IMG/VR virus record: IMGVR_UViG_3300047334_000093 | Coordinates: 524 to 64,523 of that record | DNA length: 64,000 nucleotides | Reading direction: 5' to 3' (one strand) | Source: a virus | Lineage: Duplodnaviria > Caudoviricetes | Shown: piece after piece, positions 46,251 through 55,682 of the stretch | Position numbering within the stretch: the first letter of the stretch is position 1 | How the letters are laid out: every line of letters starts with the position of its first letter | Translations under genes and position numbers: made by a program | Notes under the pieces: model-generated | Told to the model about the DNA's origin: nothing | Databases searched by the model: none | The model's input: only the letters and a program-made list of their open reading frames with translations

Positions 46251-46813
46251 TGACTGCGGTATTTGATCAGATTTTCACAATTTTGGTCGGTGAAGAGGGC
46301 GGCTTTGACGCCACGCCGTCTGATCCTGGAAATTGGACCGGCGGCGCAGTGGGGCGCGGTGTTCTGCTTGGCACAAACTGGGGCATCTCGGCCGCCGCTT
46401 TTCCAAACGAGGACATCAAAAATCTTACGCAAGCGCAAGCAGCAGCGATTTATCTTGCCACATACTGGACGCCATGCTCGTGCGACAAATTACCTCCTTG
46501 TGTGGCTCTAATGGTGTTTGACGCTGCGGTTAACAACGGGTGCACGCGAGCCCGTGAGTGGCTACAAGCGGCGATTGGGGTGGCGACTGATGGAGTCATA
46601 GGGCCGCAAACTTTGTCGGCGCTGGCGACTGGTGTGGCAGCACCGAATGGCGCTACCATGATCGCCGCAGAATTTCTTGCACGTCGGATTGATTTCATGG
46701 CTTGCCTTTCGACATGGTCAACTTTTGGGCTAGGCTGGTCGCGCCGGCTTGCCAGTTTGCCGTATAAAGCGGCTTCTCTAACAGCGGCTTCACTAAAAAT
46801 CATAGGTGAGTAA
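46250..46813 (+). CDS. endolysin, glycoside hydrolase family 108
   Basis: EGGF...DPGNWTGG...GTNWGIS...FDAAVNNG...LQ...DGVIGPQTL...FGLGWSRR. Confidence 0.92.
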   Translation: MTAVFDQIFTILVGEEGGFDATPSDPGNWTGGAVGRGVLLGTNWGISAAAFPNEDIKNLTQAQAAAIYLATYWTPCSCDKLPPCVALMVFDAAVNNGCTRAREWLQAAIGVATDGVIGPQTLSALATGVAAPNGATMIAAEFLARRIDFMACLSTWSTFGLGWSRRLASLPYKAASLTAASLKIIGE

Positions 46814-46911
46814 TGACTACAACCGTTCAAATTTCTGTTCCTAATACGCTGAACGTTAATGTTGAAGTTCGCAGACGCCCCACCCCAAACCGAAAATAAG
46901 GCGGCACAATA

Positions 46912-47277
46912 ATGGCCATTAAAACCACCGCGTTAATCAACCAAGCCGTTGCGGATGCAAAAGACCTTCCGCAGCTCGTAGAGTTTTTGCAAACTGCCAG
47001 CCCGCCTCTTGCTGCAGCGCTTGAAACCAAGCCGCTTGCATACAGCAAAACTCCATGGGGGACGTTGGCCGTCGCCGTAGTGGCTTGGGTGTCCAGCAAG
47101 TATGGCCTCGGGCTTGACGCCAACACATGCGCTTTGATCGGCGGCTTTGGTGCTTTAGTTGGGGCTTATGCCATGAGGGCCATCACGACGGGGGCAATTT
47201 CTGGCGTTGTGACGACGCCGCCCGACACAACTGCCACGTCTACAACACCAACTCCGTCTGTCACACCGAAAGCATAG
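46912..47277 (+). CDS. putative holin (2 TM)
   Basis: SKTPWG.L...TM...TM..MR.IT after the endolysin. Confidence 0.6.
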   Translation: MAIKTTALINQAVADAKDLPQLVEFLQTASPPLAAALETKPLAYSKTPWGTLAVAVVAWVSSKYGLGLDANTCALIGGFGALVGAYAMRAITTGAISGVVTTPPDTTATSTTPTPSVTPKA

Positions 47278-47281
47278 CGCC

Positions 47282-47437
47282 ATGTCTCTTATCGTCATTA
47301 TCCTTGTGCTTCTGTTGCTTTTTGGCGGCGGGGGCTTATACGGGGGGGGCTTTGGCCTTGGCCATGGCGCTTACTGGGGCGGCGGCGGCTTAGGTTTGGT
47401 TTTGATCATCATCTTGCTTTTCGTTTTCTTCCGCTAA
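47282..47437 (+). CDS. DUF3309-like small membrane protein
   Basis: Manual ORF MSLIVIILVLLLLFGGGGLYGG...GGGGLGLVLIIILLFVFFR. Confidence 0.75.
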   Translation: MSLIVIILVLLLLFGGGGLYGGGFGLGHGAYWGGGGLGLVLIIILLFVFFR

Positions 47438-47438
47438 A

Positions 47439-47768
47439 GTGCCCGATCGTTTCGAAACCGAAGATTTGATGCAAATGCTTCGGGGCGAATTTCATCACCA
47501 TATGGAGCCAGTCATGACCGCACTACAGGACTTACAGGCCGCCGTTACGGCGCAAACTTCTGAGATTACCGCTGTCGTAGCGGCGTTTCAATCCACTACC
47601 GCAGCGCTGACTGCCGCCTTGGCCAATAATGACGACGCTGGCGTTGAGGCTGCCGTGGCAACTTTGAACAGCAACACCGCAGCGCTGGCGGCATTGCTGC
47701 CAACAACGCCAACCCCGGTTGCGCCAACCGGCACTGTCACCAGCGCTGGGACAATTGCGGCCAGCTAA
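47439..47768 (+). CDS. Ala-rich coiled-coil protein
   Basis: MTALQDLQAAVTAQTSEI... heptads; start uncertain. Confidence 0.65.
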   Translation: MPDRFETEDLMQMLRGEFHHHMEPVMTALQDLQAAVTAQTSEITAVVAAFQSTTAALTAALANNDDAGVEAAVATLNSNTAALAALLPTTPTPVAPTGTVTSAGTIAAS

Positions 47769-47981
47769 ATGCCAGTTTTCCACGAGTTTCGCGACCTTAT
47801 ACCGGTCGCGACGCCTCGTGGGCCTGGCGTAGCACTGCTGCTACGCTGTTACGGAATTGAGTCGCACGACATGTGGACGGTCGTGATGGACGCGGATGGT
47901 TCGGTCTGGACGTTCCAAAACCCAGACATTCGCGTGCAGTTTAATCCGACGCTCGGTCGCGTACCGAAAGAAAAAAACTGA
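47769..47981 (+). CDS. conserved small phage protein
   Basis: IPV.TP.G.G.A....YG.E...W.V....G..WTF.N.DIR...N.TLGR. Confidence 0.7.
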   Translation: MPVFHEFRDLIPVATPRGPGVALLLRCYGIESHDMWTVVMDADGSVWTFQNPDIRVQFNPTLGRVPKEKN

Positions 47982-48731
47982 ATGGCACGTCACCTTGGCC
48001 GCAAGCCACGCGCTTACGATCAGCGCATCCCGCATTATTCCAGTCTTGTGGCTGGGAGGCGCAAGCTGATTGCGCCACCTCCCGTTGCGGTAGATTACAC
48101 GTCAAAAATGCCTGCTAATTTTGGCCAAATGCTGAACGACTCCCTTGGAGACTGCACGTGCGCGGCGCTCGCCCATGCCGTGCAGGTTACAAGCTTTGCA
48201 AGCGGCTCGGAGATTACGCCACCCGATAATGCCGTTTTGACTTTGTATGAAAGCGCGTGCGGTTACGACCCGGCCGATCCGTCAACTGATCAAGGCGGGG
48301 TGGAACAGAATGTGCTAAAATACGTCATGGCGAACGGTATCCAGACCGGTGCGGCGCCCGTCACGGTATCGGGTTTTGTCGAAGTTGACCCACGCAGCAT
48401 CATTGACCTGCGAAGGGTCATTTATGAATGCGGGTTTGTGTATATCGGCGTTGATTTGCCGACATCGTGGGAAAACACGAACCACTGGACAAAAACGCCC
48501 GATGAGGCGCCGATCGCTGGTGGCCACGCCATCATTTTGGCCGGGTATGACATGAATGGTTTTACCGGCATTTCTTGGGGTGAGATCGTTACGGTAGACA
48601 TCTCTGCAATTTTGCAGCGCTGCGACGAAGCGTACGCCGTCATGCTCAGTACGTGGTTTGAGACAAGCGGCAAGACAATTGCCGGGCTGTCGCAATCAGA
48701 CCTAACGGCGATGATGCAATCTTTAGCTTAA
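47982..48731 (+). CDS. papain-like (C1-related) cysteine peptidase
   Basis: NDSLGDCTCAALAH (Cys), GGHAIILAGYD (His), ISWG. Confidence 0.75.
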   Translation: MARHLGRKPRAYDQRIPHYSSLVAGRRKLIAPPPVAVDYTSKMPANFGQMLNDSLGDCTCAALAHAVQVTSFASGSEITPPDNAVLTLYESACGYDPADPSTDQGGVEQNVLKYVMANGIQTGAAPVTVSGFVEVDPRSIIDLRRVIYECGFVYIGVDLPTSWENTNHWTKTPDEAPIAGGHAIILAGYDMNGFTGISWGEIVTVDISAILQRCDEAYAVMLSTWFETSGKTIAGLSQSDLTAMMQSLA

Positions 48732-48742
48732 AGGAACATACG

Positions 48743-49153
48743 ATGCGTAAAATTTCCATTTTTCTTGGCCTATCGTTGCTCGCCGGTTGCGCCCTTACGG
48801 CCACGCAATCTGCTGCGATCACGAGTGCCGTCACGGCCGCTACGACGCTTGAGACCGATATTGCGACGGACATTCAGTCCGCAAGCGCAACGGGCGCAAT
48901 CCCGGCCACCGCTCTTGTTGCCATCAATGCACAACTGACAACGTTGCAGACCGACATCGCAGCTTTATCGGCGGGCAACACAACGGCCGCAACGGTCGAG
49001 GCAGATGTACAATCTGCCATTATGGATGCCGCACCTTATGTACCGGAAATCGCCGCGCTAATCACCACGGCAGCAAAAAAAGGTGTCGTGGCGCCGACAA
49101 GTGTCATTGCAACGCATTTTGACGCGGCCGAACAAGCACTACACGCGATCTGA
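48743..49153 (+). CDS. lipoprotein (spanin-like candidate)
   Basis: MRKISIFLGLSL-LAGC lipobox; helical Ala/Thr-rich body; AAGGA RBS. Confidence 0.75.
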   Translation: MRKISIFLGLSLLAGCALTATQSAAITSAVTAATTLETDIATDIQSASATGAIPATALVAINAQLTTLQTDIAALSAGNTTAATVEADVQSAIMDAAPYVPEIAALITTAAKKGVVAPTSVIATHFDAAEQALHAI

Positions 49154-49167
49154 AACAGAGGCCGCAA

Positions 49168-51687
49168 ATGAAAATAAAAGTTGCATCTGCGGGCCTCTTT
49201 GCGTTCATGATTGCTGCAGTATCAGCTCACGCTGCATCGTTGAGTCCCGATAGCCTATATGGTCCAACGACTGGTTCATCTGGCGGCTCTGGTCTTGGTT
49301 GTGCCAATGGCTCAAACATTAGCGGGTGCGGCTCAATTGCCACGGGCTCGGCACAAAACCGCACGTTGGCCGCTCGTGCGGCAGATGTCTTTAACCCCAA
49401 GAATTTTGGCGCCATTGGTGACGGAAACGTCCATACTATAAGTTCCACGCTCGGTATTACGACCTTAGCTGGTCTCACGGGCTATACGGTCAATGGCACG
49501 CATCCCTACGCAGGTCTGGGCGCGTCTCCTGTTGGAAATTACGCGGCCCTTCCAGCACTGCAAGCTATGTCTAGCGGCGCCACCGTTATTCCCATGTATT
49601 CGACAGTTTATGTTGGTGGCCCTGGATTTAACAGCGTTTTTGTTGCTTCGGGGAGTACATTTATCCCGGTTGGGTCGGGAACTGCGGAACGCCAAGCAGG
49701 ATTTGCTTATACGGTAGGTCAAATATTTTCTAGCGGTGGCACAAGTGGAAATGATAATCTTTATATTATAACTACAGCGGGAACGACTGCTAATTTTGGC
49801 GTAAATCAAACAACGCGTGGATGCGCGACAGATGGCAGTGCAGTATATTGCTATTTGGGTGGAAATTCTGTCGGTATGGGCGCGCTTAAGCCTGGAATGC
49901 AATGTAGCAATAGTGCTGGAACTATGCCGGCAGGGAGCACGATTGTTACGATTAACCCGGCAGCGCAAGTTATACAATTGAATGTCCCAACAACTGGCTC
50001 ACTTGCTCTAAATGCATCGTTCTCATGTGGTTATAATCTAAACAAAATTGCTGTCGGCGCACAAGTAACAGGGTTCAACATTCCGCCTGGAACGACAGTC
50101 ACAGCAGTTAATAACTATGGCATCAATCAAACAATCACGCTTTCGCAAGGCGTAACGGCGGCTGAAACGGCTTTTACGCCGGTTGAGTTTTACAGCCCGT
50201 TTACTGATGCGCAAATAGCTAATGCAACGATGGACTGGCTAGGCATTCAAGCAGCCGAGATTGCAGCGGGGGCGAGCGTCCCAACTGGCACAACAGCACC
50301 GAACGGGGGCGGAACGGTTTTTATCCCCAACGGATACTATGTCAATAATCTGGGTATTCAAATACCGCAGGCTAATGAAGTAGACACTAAGGGCTCAGGT
50401 ATGGGCTCAACTGTGTTGTATTGGAATGTTGATACAGGCCCAGGCTCATGTTTTCTCAATGACGGGTTTCGTTTGACTGGGCTTAATTCCGGGTTTGAAA
50501 AATTCAATGTTATTCAAGATTTACAAGTGTTAGGACCGTCAAACCAGCTTACTATGGGTGCCTCCAACGTTTTAGCTTGTGGTATATCCGTCAATGGTTA
50601 CAAAAACGTAGATACCGTTCAGGTAAGTCAAACCTTTGCTGGTATAGCAAACAATGGCGGGCAAGGTATCCTCCACAACTTAAATATATACCACACTTAC
50701 TATGGCGTGTATTTCGACATGCCAGACACATACGCGAATTTTGGCGACAACCTTTTTCAAGGTGTGCAGATCAACGGCGCCACTATGGCTGACGTGGCTT
50801 GCAGCGTTTCTTATTGTGATCCTAGCTCAACGTGGACGAGAAGCGGGTTTTTTGCTGCTCCTTATGGTTTTATGACTGAGACAAACGGGTTGCCAAATTC
50901 TCTTGCAGGTAATCGAGGCCTTATCTTCGACCACACAAAATTTGAAAATGTTCAGGCAGAAAATATTGGCCACGCCATGATTGGAGACGATAGACCATAC
51001 GGACAAGCTGTATCACAAGCGTTGGAGACGATTTGGGAGCAATTCGAGCCGTATTGGGGCGCCAATGGAACATTTCAAATTGCCAATACGTCAACGTCGA
51101 CCTCACCAAGCGGTGCAATATTTGAAATGGGTTACTGCAACGATTGCGAAATTAAAATCCCGGCCGAAAGTGAACTTTGGTTGGCTCAGTCAGACGGCGT
51201 GATTGATATCCTTTCTACAACAGGATTTAATTTCTTTGGTGATATTGGAACAATTTTGGCTGAAAACACGACCGCCGCAGTTCTTAGCAACAACATGAAT
51301 CCAAATAACTGGCGTTTTTTTGCAAGCGGCTGGCAGGGCATAGCCTGCTTCTCGTGCGGGTATTATCCGCTAAATCAGGTGTTAGCTTATCCTGCGGCGG
51401 GAGCTGGAAACATTGCGGCAGCAACCGGCACGGCTGGTGAGCAAGTGGTTGGAATTTCGCAAGGCGCAATAGGCAATAATGCCGTTATTGCTACCTCTGG
51501 CGTTGCCAACTGTGTTTTAGCCGCCGGAACCAACAACCCGAACGTTCCTCTTACTACAGCAGCAAGCGGAAAATGCACCCAGGCTACAGGGTCAAATAGT
51601 GCTACGCCATACATCGGTTGGACCAATTACGGAGCGGTTTCGACCGGTTCTATCATACCGGTGCATTTGCGGATCGGAGGGCTATAA
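49168..51687 (+). CDS. tailspike-like pectin-lyase-fold protein with predicted signal peptide
   Basis: MKIKVASAGLFAFMIAAVSAHA; RTLAARAADVFNPKNFGAIGDG; GGTVFIPNGYY; many Cys. Confidence 0.8.
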   Translation: MKIKVASAGLFAFMIAAVSAHAASLSPDSLYGPTTGSSGGSGLGCANGSNISGCGSIATGSAQNRTLAARAADVFNPKNFGAIGDGNVHTISSTLGITTLAGLTGYTVNGTHPYAGLGASPVGNYAALPALQAMSSGATVIPMYSTVYVGGPGFNSVFVASGSTFIPVGSGTAERQAGFAYTVGQIFSSGGTSGNDNLYIITTAGTTANFGVNQTTRGCATDGSAVYCYLGGNSVGMGALKPGMQCSNSAGTMPAGSTIVTINPAAQVIQLNVPTTGSLALNASFSCGYNLNKIAVGAQVTGFNIPPGTTVTAVNNYGINQTITLSQGVTAAETAFTPVEFYSPFTDAQIANATMDWLGIQAAEIAAGASVPTGTTAPNGGGTVFIPNGYYVNNLGIQIPQANEVDTKGSGMGSTVLYWNVDTGPGSCFLNDGFRLTGLNSGFEKFNVIQDLQVLGPSNQLTMGASNVLACGISVNGYKNVDTVQVSQTFAGIANNGGQGILHNLNIYHTYYGVYFDMPDTYANFGDNLFQGVQINGATMADVACSVSYCDPSSTWTRSGFFAAPYGFMTETNGLPNSLAGNRGLIFDHTKFENVQAENIGHAMIGDDRPYGQAVSQALETIWEQFEPYWGANGTFQIANTSTSTSPSGAIFEMGYCNDCEIKIPAESELWLAQSDGVIDILSTTGFNFFGDIGTILAENTTAAVLSNNMNPNNWRFFASGWQGIACFSCGYYPLNQVLAYPAAGAGNIAAATGTAGEQVVGISQGAIGNNAVIATSGVANCVLAAGTNNPNVPLTTAASGKCTQATGSNSATPYIGWTNYGAVSTGSIIPVHLRIGGL

Positions 51688-51836
51688 TGCGAAATTATGC
51701 CATTGTTTTTGCTGCGGTGTTTGCTGCCTTAAGTGGTTCCGCAGAGGCGCAGAGCAGTGGAGCAAACACTGGCGCGGGTATCCTTGATGGTGCATCTATT
51801 ATCCTTATTAACCCTGCAGCGATAGGGGGGCCGTGA
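51687..51836 (+). CDS. 49-aa secreted peptide
   Basis: MRNYAIVFAAVFAALSGSAEA-Q; GGAGG RBS; TAATG coupling. Confidence 0.6.
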   Translation: MRNYAIVFAAVFAALSGSAEAQSSGANTGAGILDGASIILINPAAIGGP

Positions 51837-51837
51837 C

Positions 51838-52866
51838 ATGCCGTTCCAAACAACAGACCAAGGTGCGGCGGTTCGGATTCTTGCTTACGATACAGCGGCT
51901 GGGTCGTTCCTTCCCCTCTTTGCATCAAACGGCACGCTTGACGTTACGGGCAGCGGCGGTGGGGGTTCTGGTGGGACCGTTACGGTAGCCGGAGGCACGC
52001 TGACTGGCATAACCAATACCGTTGCGGTTGCGGGCACCGTCACTATAGCAAATCCCGGCAGCGTTGTCTCTGCAGTATCGGTCACTAATTTTCCTAGCAC
52101 ACAAACCGTTGCCGGAACGGTGACAATTGCTAATCCTGGAACTACATCTAGCACTGTTACTATTGCTAATGCCGTGGCGCTTGCCGCCGGAAGCGCGCAG
52201 ATTGGCACAGTCGCCCTTGCTGGCGGCACAATTGCGGCAACCGGAACGGTAGCAGTAAACAATTTTCCTAGTACACAAGCTATTAGCGGCACTCTAACGG
52301 GTATAACTAACGGCGTTACCCTCGCTGCCGGCCCCAACAACGTCGGAACCGTAGCGATTGCGGGCGGCGCTTTGACCGTTGGCGGAACGACCAAGGTTGT
52401 TTCAGGTTCGCTCTACAATCTTGGTGGGGGGACAACCTACAGCAACGGCGTTGTGATTGGCTCTTCCGCATCTCCGGGTGGAAACGGCCTTGTATCGGTA
52501 ACTGGTGTGTTCCGCGCTGGCGCCACGAGCGGCTTGTTGCAAGACCTGATGTTGTTTACGTCTGACGCGCAAACGACCGCGTCGTTTAACAGCCTGATTT
52601 TCGCCAACGGACTGCCGACAAGCAGCACCGTGACAGATCACACTACACTAAACGTCTCTTCTGCTGATTTAGCTAAAGTTCCAAAAGTCGTTCCATTGAC
52701 CTCGGCGTTTCCGCTTGGCACTGCCACTTCGTTTCAAACTCTTCAGCAAACGCTGCCAGTAATCGCGCCGACCGGAACGTTTGATATTGCCTTCGTTCAG
52801 ACCGGGACTTTTGCGTCCACCAGCACGCAAGACCTGGCTTGGGCGCTGTCGTTCTTGTCGGATTAA
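51838..52866 (+). CDS. fibre-like repeat protein (no signal peptide)
   Basis: Repeats NFPSTQ, VAGTVTIANPG, GTLTGITN, L.AG...IGTV. Confidence 0.7.
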   Translation: MPFQTTDQGAAVRILAYDTAAGSFLPLFASNGTLDVTGSGGGGSGGTVTVAGGTLTGITNTVAVAGTVTIANPGSVVSAVSVTNFPSTQTVAGTVTIANPGTTSSTVTIANAVALAAGSAQIGTVALAGGTIAATGTVAVNNFPSTQAISGTLTGITNGVTLAAGPNNVGTVAIAGGALTVGGTTKVVSGSLYNLGGGTTYSNGVVIGSSASPGGNGLVSVTGVFRAGATSGLLQDLMLFTSDAQTTASFNSLIFANGLPTSSTVTDHTTLNVSSADLAKVPKVVPLTSAFPLGTATSFQTLQQTLPVIAPTGTFDIAFVQTGTFASTSTQDLAWALSFLSD

Positions 52867-52872
52867 CGATAT

Positions 52873-53571
52873 ATGCGACCTATTTTGATCAATAACCCAA
52901 ATTCAAATTTGCTAATTGGATCAAAGGGCAAATGGAAATTTGACGAAGGTGTAGGGTCAATTGTTCGCGATAGCAGCGGCAATGGTTTGGACCTATATTT
53001 ATCAGGGTCTGCAATATGGAACAAAGGTATTTACGGGAACTCTGTCTTTTTCGTAGAAGCAATGGCTGCGTCTCAACAAAAATTTATAATTCCTAGTTCA
53101 GGTTTTAGTATGTCATGCTGGTGCAAACCGACTACATCGAGTCAAACGGGTATTATTTTCGCGGCGTGGGTAACTCCGGCAAATTTTGCATACATACAAT
53201 TAATAAATTTTTCGGGAAGCGTTCAACTGCGAGTTGGTAAAATTAGCGGAGATTGGTTAACTCTAAGCACAAACGGTTCAGTTTTGCCGAATAATATTTG
53301 GACGCATTTTGCATTTACGTGGAACGGGCAATTAAATAGCAATTCCATGGTTTTATACGTTAATGGTAAAGTCCCCACTCAAACTTTTGCACCAGATGCC
53401 AGCACGCCAAATCCCGCCGGAACATTGGTGTCTTTGTCTTTTGCAAATGAAATTTCGGCAGGAAACCCCAGTTTTGTCGGGGGTTTCGACCAGGGCCAAG
53501 TTTGGAATCGTGCTTTATCATCTGCCGAAATTTATCAACTCTACGCACTCCAGCCCGGAAACGGCCAATGA
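52873..53571 (+). CDS. LamG/concanavalin-A-like lectin domain protein
   Basis: WKFDEGVGSIVRDSSGNG...WTHFAFTW...LYVNG...WNRALSSAEIYQLY. Confidence 0.85.
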   Translation: MRPILINNPNSNLLIGSKGKWKFDEGVGSIVRDSSGNGLDLYLSGSAIWNKGIYGNSVFFVEAMAASQQKFIIPSSGFSMSCWCKPTTSSQTGIIFAAWVTPANFAYIQLINFSGSVQLRVGKISGDWLTLSTNGSVLPNNIWTHFAFTWNGQLNSNSMVLYVNGKVPTQTFAPDASTPNPAGTLVSLSFANEISAGNPSFVGGFDQGQVWNRALSSAEIYQLYALQPGNGQ

Positions 53572-54098
53572 GCACATACATCTACGCCCCAAACGCCACA
53601 GCCCAAGGCGCCCCTTGGACCGCTCCAGTTGGCGTAACGCTAACGGAGGCATGGCCCGCGACGTATGGTGATTGGATCGACATCACAGCACTCAGCACGG
53701 CGCCCACACCCGGCAGCACATATGCCAACGGCACTTGGACTGCGCCCGTAGCGCCAAGCACAACTCCGACGAATGCACAGCTTGCCGCTGCACTTCAAAA
53801 TGCCGGGCTTACGCTTACATGCACGAGTGATTCAGCGCTGGACGGCGTGTATGCACTCGACACTGCCACGCAGCAAGCAATCAACGCAACCAGCACATAC
53901 ATCCTCACGAACCCTGGAAAGTTCCCCGGTGGCGCTACGTCCCTCGTGTGGCTTGATGTGGCGGGAACTCCCCGCACGTTCACGTCTACCGAGACGTTTC
54001 AAGAATATGCGACTGCGACTGCGAATGTGGTGGCAGAGCTTGATCTCTACGCCGCGGGGCAGGGAAGCGCGCCGACGATGAGTGTGACGATAGCTTAA
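53568..54098 (+). CDS. tail fibre assembly-like protein (DUF4376-like)
   Basis: W.DITAL..AP.PG.TY.NG.W.AP; GVYALD...FPGG...WLDVAG. Confidence 0.6.
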   Translation: MSTYIYAPNATAQGAPWTAPVGVTLTEAWPATYGDWIDITALSTAPTPGSTYANGTWTAPVAPSTTPTNAQLAAALQNAGLTLTCTSDSALDGVYALDTATQQAINATSTYILTNPGKFPGGATSLVWLDVAGTPRTFTSTETFQEYATATANVVAELDLYAAGQGSAPTMSVTIA

Positions 54099-54143
54099 CA
54101 TTTTCCCCGGCCTAAACGCCGGGTGTTTCAGCGAGAATGTACT
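54094..54143 (-). mobile_element. degenerate IS200/IS605-end mini element
   Basis: CCCGGC-CTAAAC-GCCGGG hairpin then GTTTCAGCGAGAA, followed by ATCAA (probably mutated ATGAA). Confidence 0.45.
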
Positions 54144-54308
54144 ATCAAAAAACAATTTGCTTTGGCTGGGTTGTGCGCTGCGTTGGTGGCGCTTCCCGCG
54201 CTGGATGAAGCTGCCAGCCTTGACTCAAACAGCCTGCAGTGGCGGCGTAGCGTAGCATCAAATTGGATTTCACCTAATTTTTTCCCTACTATCACCTACA
54301 ATCCGTAA
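54144..54308 (+). pseudogene. decayed signal-peptide gene of the AASL..SLYG family
   Basis: (I)KKQFALAGLCAALVALPALDEAASLDSNSL; start appears mutated ATG>ATC. Confidence 0.5.
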
Positions 54309-54325
54309 AGCAACGGAGGAAAAAT

Positions 54326-54661
54326 TTGCGTATTTTTGCTCGAATTAGTTTGCTGTTGGTGCTAATTCCGCTAGCCGCACACGCGGCAAGTTTGGAAAAC
54401 GGCTCGCTTTACGGCGGAGAAACAAATGGTTCTGGCGGCGGGTCGTTGCCGGTGTTGCTTGGTGTGGGCGCGCCGGGGACAAGGGTTGGACAAAATGGGC
54501 AAGAATACATCGACACCGCATCCAAAACCATATGGGTTTACGACGTAACCGCTTGGGCGCCCATCTATACCGCATCTCCCGTCCCGCCGGGCGTAGCGGC
54601 CACGCTGGCCTTTAACTCCGCAACAAATAGCGGGCTTCTTTCCATTTTGATGGGGTTCTGA
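54326..54661 (+). CDS. secreted fibre-module protein
   Basis: MRIFARISLLLVLIPLAAHA-ASLENGSLYG; G.GAP...GQNGQEYIDT...WVY..W; GGAGG RBS. Confidence 0.7.
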   Translation: MRIFARISLLLVLIPLAAHAASLENGSLYGGETNGSGGGSLPVLLGVGAPGTRVGQNGQEYIDTASKTIWVYDVTAWAPIYTASPVPPGVAATLAFNSATNSGLLSILMGF

Positions 54662-54664
54662 TTC

Positions 54665-55681
54665 ATGCGCAGGTGGCTCTTGGCTTCGGCTGCAATTTTG
54701 ATTTCGCTGCCGGCATATGCCGAAACCACTATGACGGTGCTTAACAGTTCTGGCAGCGTGGTCAATATCCCGGCTGAGACCAGCACGGTTGGCGGGGTGA
54801 GCAGTGTGACGCTGCATAGCGTTCCCGAGGTCAGCGGCTCCGCAGTTACGAGCGGCAATCCGCTGCCCACCGCGGACAGCGCCGCGGAAGGATCGCTTGC
54901 TACGATCGCGACGCAGACCAGCGGGGTTGCCACGGCGGCCAAGCAGGCGACAATCAACGCGGACGGCGGATCGCAAGTTCATGTGCAAAATTTCCCCAGC
55001 ACACAAGCCGTAACGGTCAGCGGTACCCCGACTGTTGCTGTCACTACGCTTCCCGCGCTGCCCAACGGGACCAATGCCATTGGCTCCGTAACCGTGACCA
55101 ATACACCTAACGTCGCAGTCACGTCGCTGCCAGCGCTGCCCAACGGGACCAACACGATCGGCAACGTCAACATCAACGGCACACCATCTGTATCTATCAG
55201 CGGCACTGTTCCGGTATCTGGCTCCGTGGCGCTGATGGGCACCCCAAGCGTATCTGTGACATCAACGGTTCTACCGACTGGCGCGGCTACGAACGCCAAC
55301 CAGGGCACGGTAAACACGGTCGGAACCAACACGACCAGCGGAAACCTTCAGGTTATCCAAGGCGCCACCGGCGGCGTCCCCTTGCCGGTCAGCGGTGCCA
55401 TAACGGCGACGCCGAGCAGCGTCTCATACGGGTTAATTTCTTGCACAACCACGGCCAGCACGAGCACGCAATGTATGGCTGGGGGGTCGTTCCCCCACGG
55501 GGGCGATATCCTTAATCCTGCCACCGCAACAGCAAATCTGTGCTTTAATTTTGGCTCTGCGGCTAGTGCTTCGAGCCCATGCTTAGCACCCGGCACCGCT
55601 TACCATCTTCCATTCCCCACTGTTCAAGCTCTTAATGTCTACGCTACAGCCGCACAAACCGTCGAAGGATTTGCATACTAA
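54665..55681 (+). CDS. secreted fibre-like repeat protein
   Basis: MRRWLLASAAILISLPAYA-E; VTSGNPLPT, ATAAKQ, NFPSTQ, LPALPNGTN x2, LPTGAAT. Confidence 0.75.
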   Translation: MRRWLLASAAILISLPAYAETTMTVLNSSGSVVNIPAETSTVGGVSSVTLHSVPEVSGSAVTSGNPLPTADSAAEGSLATIATQTSGVATAAKQATINADGGSQVHVQNFPSTQAVTVSGTPTVAVTTLPALPNGTNAIGSVTVTNTPNVAVTSLPALPNGTNTIGNVNINGTPSVSISGTVPVSGSVALMGTPSVSVTSTVLPTGAATNANQGTVNTVGTNTTSGNLQVIQGATGGVPLPVSGAITATPSSVSYGLISCTTTASTSTQCMAGGSFPHGGDILNPATATANLCFNFGSAASASSPCLAPGTAYHLPFPTVQALNVYATAAQTVEGFAY

Positions 55682-55682
55682 T

